NCBI GenBank assembly: GCA_045106455.1
Contig: JBGCEL010000004.1
Coordinates: 6,434 to 70,433, forward strand
Length of the DNA stretch: 64,000 nucleotides
Reading direction: 5' to 3'
Source: Gammaproteobacteria bacterium
Lineage (GTDB): Bacteria; Pseudomonadota; Gammaproteobacteria; Steroidobacterales; JBCCMA01
The position numbers and the translations under genes were made by a program. Shown piece by piece: positions 19,773 through 27,227 of this stretch. The notes beneath the pieces are model-generated. The model was not told the DNA's origin. It was given only the letters and a program-made list of their open reading frames with translations, and ran no database searches. Position 1 is the stretch's first letter, and the number at the start of each line of letters is the position of its first letter.

Positions 19773-21413
19773 ATGGCGCACGACGCCACCACGGAGACCA
19801 CGACCATGACTCACTTCACACCAAAACTAACCCCTCTACGCGGCGCCGCGGCCGCCCTGTGCGTCACGTTGTGCGCCGGTGCTCAAGGAGACGTCACGTG
19901 GCAGCTCTACGATCGACAGTGCGCTCTCGACAACGTCGAGGAGCAATTCGCATGCGGTAACTACGGTCGGTTTTATCTAAACGGTGCGAGCCCGACAGAA
20001 TCTTGCGACGTGATTGCCGAGGGCAGCGACAATTCACTCCCGTATTTTGCGGTCCGAAACGTAGAACCGTTCCCCTCCGTTCCGGTTGTGCCAGCGGGAC
20101 AGCGTGCCGCCACGGCCTCAGCGACCGCCTTAACACAACATCCATTGCAACTTATCGACCAGACACCGTTTCCTAGCGCCATACCGTGGCTGGCCATGAT
20201 CGATTTCGCTGGCGCTCACGGCAACAGCGTGCATTGGCTGGCGCAGGCGGTCGCGGGTAGTGGCATCGCAAGCCGCACCATTTTGTTGGATGATCCGGAT
20301 CAAAATCCCGACGGCAACGTGACCGATCTCGACGTCTTGCGTTCTTTGTGTCAGGTGGCCAATGTGGCACAGCGCGCTCCGCATTTGCGACCCGTCGTCA
20401 ATATGAGCTTCGGTCGCCCCATTGCCGATACAGACCCTGTGAACACCATGACGTGCAGTGGGCCGCAGTTCAGCTGTCAAATTCTGCGCGTGACGCAACA
20501 CCTTGCGCAGCGCGATGCGCTGCTCGTCGCAGCCGGTGGCAAGCAACGCGAAACCCTGTTCCCTGCCGCACTCGAAACGGTCATCGCCGCCGGGCAGCTG
20601 GATCCTTCGGAGTTTGTGCTCACCAAGAACGCGCAGGCAACGTGGGAGATGCCCGCAGGCACCAATGCGTTGATGCCCGGGAACGGCTTGTGTATTCGCG
20701 GCGGCTGGTCTGCACCTTCCGGCGCGTCGTACGCCAGCGCTTTCCTTGCCGGCTGGCTGGCATTTGCCGCAAGCGACAACCCCGGTTTCGATCTGCATAC
20801 CGGTGTGCTGCAGCCGATTCATTCTCCCGCGCGTAATTGCCACGTGCTCGGCACGGACAGTGGCGGCGAACTGAGCGCGTGCAACGCCTACGTCGAGGAG
20901 GTGTTTCAGGGCATCGGCGGTCAGTATCAATCCGGCTGCTGGAGCAACCCGATTGATTTGTCAGCGCACGTTGCGCTCGGCACGCCGACCGTCGAGCAGC
21001 CCGAAGCCGTGGGCGCCGTCACCTGGAACGCACAAGTGCGACCGGCACCCGAGGGCGACCCCTGTGTCCCCTGCACGGGCTCAAATTTCGCGCGCAACGC
21101 ACCGGACACCGGCGACCTGACAATCAATCTGGCCAGCACGCTGCCCATGCGCCCCAATCTTGCAATTGAAAGCGTGCATGTCCGGGTGGACGCGCTGTTT
21201 TACCCACTGCTCGCCAGCGCCGATGTACTAAGCGCACTGCATGCCGGCCAGGTAGATGAGCTGGTTTTAAAAAACGCCGCGCCTCTGGTGACACAGGCAG
21301 GCTCGGCATCCCTGTTTTTTCAACTGCGTGATACCAGCGCGGCCAGTTGCTCGGATTTGGTTGATGGCGAAGCGGGGTGCGCCTGGATGGCGACGCACAT
21401 TCATACGTTCTAG
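19773..21413 (+). CDS. secreted subtilase (S8)-like protein, divergent
   Basis: Signal-like region (AAAALCVTLCAGAQG). S8-like blocks: LAMIDFAGAHGNSVHWLAQAVAG, VVNMSFG, LVAAGGKQ, SGASYASAFLAGWLA (Ser block). The Asp-His spacing is atypically short, so activity is uncertain. Confidence 0.5.
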   Translation: MAHDATTETTTMTHFTPKLTPLRGAAAALCVTLCAGAQGDVTWQLYDRQCALDNVEEQFACGNYGRFYLNGASPTESCDVIAEGSDNSLPYFAVRNVEPFPSVPVVPAGQRAATASATALTQHPLQLIDQTPFPSAIPWLAMIDFAGAHGNSVHWLAQAVAGSGIASRTILLDDPDQNPDGNVTDLDVLRSLCQVANVAQRAPHLRPVVNMSFGRPIADTDPVNTMTCSGPQFSCQILRVTQHLAQRDALLVAAGGKQRETLFPAALETVIAAGQLDPSEFVLTKNAQATWEMPAGTNALMPGNGLCIRGGWSAPSGASYASAFLAGWLAFAASDNPGFDLHTGVLQPIHSPARNCHVLGTDSGGELSACNAYVEEVFQGIGGQYQSGCWSNPIDLSAHVALGTPTVEQPEAVGAVTWNAQVRPAPEGDPCVPCTGSNFARNAPDTGDLTINLASTLPMRPNLAIESVHVRVDALFYPLLASADVLSALHAGQVDELVLKNAAPLVTQAGSASLFFQLRDTSAASCSDLVDGEAGCAWMATHIHTF

Positions 21414-21482
21414 GGCGACAGCGTCAGCGTCGCACCCACGATCACGCACGTCCTGTAACCGTGCTTCTGGCACAATGCATGC

Positions 21483-22460
21483 ATGAACGCACACCTCGAG
21501 CAGCTCGTCTTGACGGCCACTGGCGCCTCGACGTTAGTCAACTGTGAAACGATTCAGAGGCTATGGAGTGGCTACGGCCAGATCTTGCGTTGCACGCTGC
21601 GCGAAGCGAACCCGGGCAATCATGTAAGCGTGATCGTCAAACATGTTCGTTGGCCCACTTCAAATAGTCACCCGCGTGGCTGGAATACCGATCATTCGCA
21701 TACGCGCAAGGTTCGCTCCTATCAAGTAGAGAGCGTCTGGTACGAACGCTGGGCAGAGCAATGCGATGAATCATGCCGCGTACCAAGATGTCTGGCGCTC
21801 GAAGCACAAGGCGACGAGACTTTCATCGTGCTCGAAGATCTGGACGCTGCCGGTTTCGATCAGCGGCGCGACCACGCCACCGAGGCTGATGTGCAGGCCG
21901 GCCTGCACTGGCTCGCGAATTTTCACGCCACGTATATGCACGAAGTACCGACAGGGCTGTGGCAAACCGGCACCTACTGGCATCTGGGCACACGTCCCGA
22001 TGAACTCGACAAGCTCGAGGACCTGAAGCTCAAAACCGCAGCACCGCTGATCGACGCCAAACTGTCCGCCAGCCCGTTTCAGACCTTCGTCCACGGTGAC
22101 GCCAAACTGGCCAATTTTTGCTTCGCCGACGACAGCCGCGTCGCCGCCGTCGATTTTCAATACGTCGGTGGCGGCTGTGGCATGAAAGACGTTGCCTACT
22201 TCATTAGCAGCTGCCTGAGTGAAGTACAGTGCGAACGCGGCGAAGAGGCGCTACTGAACACCTACTTTGGCGCTCTGGAACACGCCCTGGCCGTGCGACG
22301 CTCGAGCGTCCCTTTTAAGGATCTCGAAGCGGACTGGCGTGCACTCTATCCGATCGCCTGGACCGATTTTTTTCGCTTCCTGCGCGGCTGGAGCCCCGGA
22401 CACTGGAAAATTCATCGATACAGCCAACGACTTGCGAGCGAAGTATTGGCGCAATTATGA
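21483..22460 (+). CDS. protein-kinase-like phosphotransferase (APH/choline-kinase/EcKL-like)
   Basis: Catalytic-loop motif [13 protein letters not shown] followed by [20 protein letters not shown]. Size and layout are typical of APH-fold small-molecule kinases. Confidence 0.7.
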   Translation: MNAHLEQLVLTATGASTLVNCETIQRLWSGYGQILRCTLREANPGNHVSVIVKHVRWPTSNSHPRGWNTDHSHTRKVRSYQVESVWYERWAEQCDESCRVPRCLALEAQGDETFIVLEDLDAAGFDQRRDHATEADVQAGLHWLANFHATYMHEVPTGLWQTGTYWHLGTRPDELDKLEDLKLKTAAPLIDAKLSASPFQTFVHGDAKLANFCFADDSRVAAVDFQYVGGGCGMKDVAYFISSCLSEVQCERGEEALLNTYFGALEHALAVRRSSVPFKDLEADWRALYPIAWTDFFRFLRGWSPGHWKIHRYSQRLASEVLAQL

Positions 22461-23305
22461 CGCTCACGCCCGATCACTTGGAAAAACTGTGCGCGGTGGC
22501 CATTGACGCTGCCACCAGAACGGGCAAATACGTATTTAAAACGCGCCCCGAAAACGTTGAACACAAACACAACGGCGGATCACTGGCAACGCAAGTGGTG
22601 ACCGAAGTGGATCGCGAGAGTCAGCGCCAAATCGTGCAAATGCTCGCCCCTTCGATGGCGCAATATGATCTGGCACTGTTAGCCGAGGAGAGTCCTGATG
22701 ACGGCAGTCGCCTGATCAAGGATTTTTTCTGGTGTATTGATCCGATTGACGGCACGCTGTGCTTTATCGAAGGCGCAGCCGGTTACGCCGTTTCCATCGC
22801 GCTGGTCGCACGCGACGGCGTGCCGTACATCGGCGTTGTCTATGACCCGGTGGCGCGCGTGCTGTATCACGCCATTCGTGGCGCCGGCGCTTTTCGCAAC
22901 GGCGTTGCCTGGCAACCCGACTTAAAGCGCACGACGGCCCCACTGCAAGTTTTTACGGATCGAAGCGAAGCCAACGGTGAACGCTTCCTACCCACCATAA
23001 AGGCGCTGGATGCAACGGTCACGGCGTATGGCGGTGGCGTGCTCAATGCACTGTGGTGCCTGGACAATGCGCCAGCCTGCTACTTTAAATTTCCCAAGCC
23101 CAACGCGGGAGGCGGCTGCTTTTGGGATTTCGCAGCCACCGCGTGTATTTATTCGGAAGTCGGCGCCTGGGCATCCGATGCCCACGGCCAAGCGCTCGAA
23201 CTCAATCGCAAACGCTCAGTGCATCTGAACCACTGCGGCATTCTCTACGCCAGCGATGTTCAGATTGCTGAACGTTTTTTTAGCCTGGTACGCACCGCCA
23301 CGTAG
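22457..23305 (+). CDS. inositol monophosphatase / CysQ-family phosphatase
   Basis: Family motifs [18 protein letters not shown] and a C-terminal WDFAA region. ATGA overlap with the upstream kinase-like gene. Confidence 0.8.
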   Translation: MTLTPDHLEKLCAVAIDAATRTGKYVFKTRPENVEHKHNGGSLATQVVTEVDRESQRQIVQMLAPSMAQYDLALLAEESPDDGSRLIKDFFWCIDPIDGTLCFIEGAAGYAVSIALVARDGVPYIGVVYDPVARVLYHAIRGAGAFRNGVAWQPDLKRTTAPLQVFTDRSEANGERFLPTIKALDATVTAYGGGVLNALWCLDNAPACYFKFPKPNAGGGCFWDFAATACIYSEVGAWASDAHGQALELNRKRSVHLNHCGILYASDVQIAERFFSLVRTAT

Positions 23306-23313
23306 TGTCGCTG

Positions 23314-25227
23314 CTAGCGCGGAATCACCGTGCCGGCATAGATACGCACATAGTCCACCAGCATCTCCACCGGCTCATCGCCATCAAAAATGCTGTCATC
23401 CAAGCCCTGTTGGCCGCCCCAGCCGCCGCCCCAGGCCAGATTCAGAATGAGCTTGAACTCGTTGCCCGCCTCTTTTGCCCACGGCCAACCCAAATGGTCA
23501 TCCAGCGGCGTGTGATCGTGACCGTAGCCATTCATGTCGGGTGCATCGCGAAAGAACCCCTCGCGATCGCCGACCACGCCGTCACCGAGGTCCATCTTCG
23601 TCACCCGAACGTCATCGACGAACATCTCAATGGAACCGGGCTTCCAGACCAAGCGATAAACATGAAAATTTTCGGACACCGGCTCGGCATGGGCGAAGGT
23701 CATGCCCTGCCCCGTTTTGCCGGGGCGTCGATGCGGCCATAAAAAGCCGTTCGACTTATTTCTGTGCAAAGTGTGGTGCGTGCGATGCAGGCCTTGCGCC
23801 TCCTCGAACCCGACCGCTTCCATCAAATCGATCTCACCGGCATCCGGCCAACCAATCGTAAAGGGGCTTTCGGGTGTATGGTCTTTTTTACCCAGCAGCC
23901 AGATGGCAGGCCACGTGCCCCGCCCCGCCGGGACTTTTGCTCGCACCTCATAAATACCGTGCGGCATATCCACCAAATACGGCGTGCCGAAGCCATCTTT
24001 GCGCGTCGAGACCGCGCCGCTGGTGTACTGAAACGTTTGTCCGTTGGCTTGCAAGCAAGACACGTTTTCTTTTTTAAGCTCCAGCACCAGATAGCCGTTG
24101 GACTGGCCTTCCTGCGTGCGCGTCTCAACCCGCACGTTGGAAATGCCGGCATCCTGATACGCGGGGTCATCGCTTGTGTAGCACTGACGTTCGTTGTTAA
24201 TCACGCTACCGGTATTGTAGTCCCAGTAAGCGGGATTAATACGTCCGCCGTGCGTGTCATTAAATTCCTCGTCAAAATGCAGCACATAGTCCGGCGAGAC
24301 CACGGCAAGCGCACTAAAGAAACTTATATTTGGACTGCCTTCGCTCGCCACGGTCGATGCATTGGTGCGTACTTCAATATTGTGGTGCACCGTTGCCGTC
24401 GCCGTTTCGTATGCACACCGGTAGAGCGGGCGTGCTTCGCGCACGTCACAGATTTTTACGCCGTCCACAAAAAGACGAAACCACTGCGTGTCAGGCACCG
24501 AAGCCGCAAACGTGATCGGCGTATTGGTCGCCACACTGTGGGTGGAATCCGGGAACAGCACGATATCGCCCGCCTCCCCGCCAACGGTCAGCGCGCTAAA
24601 AAACTGCTGATTGGGGTTATCTGGTGTCACCACAAGTTCGGTGTTGGTGCGCACCTCGACTTCGTAGCGTCCTGTGGCCACCGGCACGGTATACGCGCAT
24701 TGATATACAGGACGGGGTTCGCGCAGGTCGCAAATCTTGACGCCGTTCACAAACATTCTGAACCACGCCGTGCCGGGCACTTGCGCCTGCAACACCACCT
24801 GCGAACCCGCCTGCACATCGTGCTCTGAATCGGGCGTCAGACTGATCGCGGAGCTACCGGTTTCACTAACCAGCGTGCTGAAGAAGCTCGCATTGGGGCT
24901 GTCCGGCGTAACTTGCGTGGAGCGATTGGTACGCACCTCTACCTGCACGCTCCCGGCCACCGCCGAGGTGGTATAGCGACAGACGTAGAACGGTCGCGGC
25001 TGGCGCACATCACAAATCTTGACGCCGTCCACGAACAGTCGAAACCACGCCGTGTTGGCCACCTGAGCGACAAGCGTTACTTCCGTGTTCGCCGTCACGA
25101 AATGCGAAGACCCTGAGGTCAACACGAAATTTGAAGCGCTTTGGGCCGAAAAAGACGGCGCGGCGGTTTCGCCTGCACAGGCGGTGAGAGAAAGAGCGAT
25201 CAAAACAATCGAGAAAACATACTTCAT
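23314..25227 (-). CDS. GH16 beta-glucanase (laminarinase-type) lipoprotein with three N-terminal tandem modules
   Basis: Start re-picked at ATG 25227, giving MKYVFSIVLIALSLTAC (lipobox). C-terminal GH16 domain with FDEEFND..., catalytic GEIDLMEAVG (ExDxxE) and ...VDYVRIY. Confidence 0.85.
   Translation of the reverse strand: MKYVFSIVLIALSLTACAGETAAPSFSAQSASNFVLTSGSSHFVTANTEVTLVAQVANTAWFRLFVDGVKICDVRQPRPFYVCRYTTSAVAGSVQVEVRTNRSTQVTPDSPNASFFSTLVSETGSSAISLTPDSEHDVQAGSQVVLQAQVPGTAWFRMFVNGVKICDLREPRPVYQCAYTVPVATGRYEVEVRTNTELVVTPDNPNQQFFSALTVGGEAGDIVLFPDSTHSVATNTPITFAASVPDTQWFRLFVDGVKICDVREARPLYRCAYETATATVHHNIEVRTNASTVASEGSPNISFFSALAVVSPDYVLHFDEEFNDTHGGRINPAYWDYNTGSVINNERQCYTSDDPAYQDAGISNVRVETRTQEGQSNGYLVLELKKENVSCLQANGQTFQYTSGAVSTRKDGFGTPYLVDMPHGIYEVRAKVPAGRGTWPAIWLLGKKDHTPESPFTIGWPDAGEIDLMEAVGFEEAQGLHRTHHTLHRNKSNGFLWPHRRPGKTGQGMTFAHAEPVSENFHVYRLVWKPGSIEMFVDDVRVTKMDLGDGVVGDREGFFRDAPDMNGYGHDHTPLDDHLGWPWAKEAGNEFKLILNLAWGGGWGGQQGLDDSIFDGDEPVEMLVDYVRIYAGTVIPR
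24295..25131 (-). repeat. three tandem 94-aa protein modules (unknown fold, possible carbohydrate-binding/Ig-like) inside the GH16 gene
   Basis: Period is about 94 aa (modules of 94, 94 and 91 aa as I delimit them). The shared core is (A/T)WFR(L/M)FV(D/N)GVKICD(V/L)R(Q/E)(P/A)RP(F/V/L)Y(V/Q/R)C(R/A)Y...EVEVRTN...(T/G)(P/S)(D/P)(S/N)PN...FFS(T/A)L. Each copy has a conserved Cys pair. Confidence 0.7.
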
Positions 25228-25469
25228 GAAAAAAAAATCCTGAGGCCTGAGCACGGCAGTCTTAACGTAATTCGGCCGAAGTATAACGCAACCCACGCGG
25301 TAACAATTTTCCATATTGTGCAAATTCTTGTGGCAAAGCCCGCGGCCATTGACGCCAATTTGACCTGTGTCCCAATTCCCCCACGACATTATTCCCATCC
25401 GGCCACGCACGCTTTAGATTGATGGAGATCCACCGCTAACGGCCTAACGACGTTCAAACCGACCCCTCT

Positions 25470-27227
25470 ATGACGAAAGACTGTGCAACTCGGTGGCTCT
25501 CTTTGCTTTGCAGTATGATCCCCGGCGTTCGCACCGCGTATTATGTCAATGCGGCAACACCTACTTGTGAGCAGCACATTGTCGCCAGCTACCCAGATGG
25601 CGCCACACCAAACGACGCTATTGAAGCGCTTGTACGCGACACACTGGTTGCGCAAGAGGAAATTGCTCGGCCCGTGCCGGGCGTGGCTATCCCGTCCAAA
25701 AGCTGGGCACTGGCACGACTCGTCGCGGTCGCCAACAGCGTGGGCGTCGTTGCACTTGAATTCGATGACACGACACAAGAGCAGCTAGCCGCTATCGGCC
25801 AACTCGTCGCGTGGGCTGGCCAATGGGCCACACTCGCACAGCCCGCTGCCATGGCGGTCAACCGCCACGAGCCAGACCTGAACCTGGCAAACGTGCTGCT
25901 GGAAGCCGCCACACTTGATCAAGCGCTCGCTAAGGCCTGTCGACACTTGTCCGGGAAGTTTGGCGGCACTCGTGTTGCCATCGGGCTGCACGCGGCGGAC
26001 GCCGTTTCTCTTGCCGCCGTCTCGGATCGCGCAGCATTCGACCGCCGCACGCAAAGCGCCGACCTGTATACGGTCGCGATGAATGAAGCGTTTGATCAAA
26101 GCCGTATTGTCGCCCACCCGCACACGGACACTACCGTTGCCGCCGTTAGCGTCGGCCACCGCAAGCTCGCCGATGCCGAGCGCTCCTGCGCGTGCAGCGT
26201 GCCACTTGGCACGAGCGGCGATCCGGCAGGCATCGTCACGCTGCTGCGCGCTGAATCCAAACCATTCACCGATGACGACATGGCGATGTTGCAACCGTAC
26301 GCCGCTTTGCTCGGGCACATCATCCACGTTCGCCGTCGGGCTGAGCAGGGACCTTGGCGTCGCCTGCGTCAGTCCATGCAGAGTTGGCGCAAACATTGGC
26401 TCATGGCCAATGCCCCGCGTCGCCGGATGGCGGTGGTCGGTGCCGCGGCCGTCATTGCGTTTCTGGCTCTGGGCTCTGCCCCGTATCAGGTGGGCGCACC
26501 GGCGGTTCTGGCCGGCACTTCGGAGCGCACCCTCGCCGCTCCGGTGGACGGTTACTTAAGCGAGGTGCACGTGCGCCCCGGCGCACGCGTTGCGAGTGGT
26601 CAAATTTTAGCCACGCTCGACCCGGCGCCACTGGAACGCCAACGCCGACAGTTGCAGGGCCAGCGTAGCCAACTCAACGGCGAGTACAACGTCGCGCTGG
26701 GCAAATTAGACGGTGCCGCGGCCCGCATTTTGCAGTCTCAACTCGCCCAAACTCATGTCCAGATCGAACATCTGGATGCGCAGCTCTCAAGACTCAATAT
26801 CACGGCGCCATTCGACGGCCTGGTTCTTGATGGCGATCTGATGCACGCCGCGGGCGGCCCCGTCGCACTCGGCGACACCCTTTTCCGACTGACCCCGAAC
26901 GGGGGCTATCTGGTGCGCTTGCACGTCTCGGCGAGCGACGTCGAAGCGATTGGCATTGGCGCACGCGGCCGCCTAAAACTAGCGGCACTGCCCAATGCGC
27001 AGCTGGACATTGAAGTGGTGCGAATTAACGGCATCGCACAAACCGTTGACGGCCGCAGCGTGCTGGAGATGGAAGCCACCGTACACGGCAATCAGGACTA
27101 TCTGCGCCCCGGCATGAAAGGCGTTGCACGGCTCGATGCGGGGCACGCCCGAGTTCTGTGGATCTGGACGCATTCAATTTGGCAACGCATGAAGCTCTGG
27201 TTGTGGCGCTTCAGCCCGGTGGCATAA
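25470..27227 (+). CDS. GAF-domain / TM / HlyD-type periplasmic adaptor fusion protein
   Basis: The cytoplasmic N-half ends in a typical GAF C-terminus (SVPLGTSGDPAGIVTLLRAESKPFTDDDMAMLQPYAALLGHII). One TM helix (MAVVGAAAVIAFLALGSAPY). Adaptor motifs: PVDGYLSEVHVRPGARVASGQILATLD, a coiled-coil hairpin, and ITAPFDGLVLDGDL. Confidence 0.7.
   Translation: MTKDCATRWLSLLCSMIPGVRTAYYVNAATPTCEQHIVASYPDGATPNDAIEALVRDTLVAQEEIARPVPGVAIPSKSWALARLVAVANSVGVVALEFDDTTQEQLAAIGQLVAWAGQWATLAQPAAMAVNRHEPDLNLANVLLEAATLDQALAKACRHLSGKFGGTRVAIGLHAADAVSLAAVSDRAAFDRRTQSADLYTVAMNEAFDQSRIVAHPHTDTTVAAVSVGHRKLADAERSCACSVPLGTSGDPAGIVTLLRAESKPFTDDDMAMLQPYAALLGHIIHVRRRAEQGPWRRLRQSMQSWRKHWLMANAPRRRMAVVGAAAVIAFLALGSAPYQVGAPAVLAGTSERTLAAPVDGYLSEVHVRPGARVASGQILATLDPAPLERQRRQLQGQRSQLNGEYNVALGKLDGAAARILQSQLAQTHVQIEHLDAQLSRLNITAPFDGLVLDGDLMHAAGGPVALGDTLFRLTPNGGYLVRLHVSASDVEAIGIGARGRLKLAALPNAQLDIEVVRINGIAQTVDGRSVLEMEATVHGNQDYLRPGMKGVARLDAGHARVLWIWTHSIWQRMKLWLWRFSPVA

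Noticed and set aside
23764-24828. 354-aa plus-strand ORF inside the GH16 gene. The same pattern occurs at 10843-11643 (+), 20130-20930 (-), 31118-31831 (-), 55680-56291 (-), 58509-59087 (-) and 60048-61058 (-).
   Set aside because: These are typical high-GC antisense or out-of-frame ORFs. They have Arg/His/Gly-rich low-complexity translations and lie fully nested in genes with strong family signatures on the other strand.
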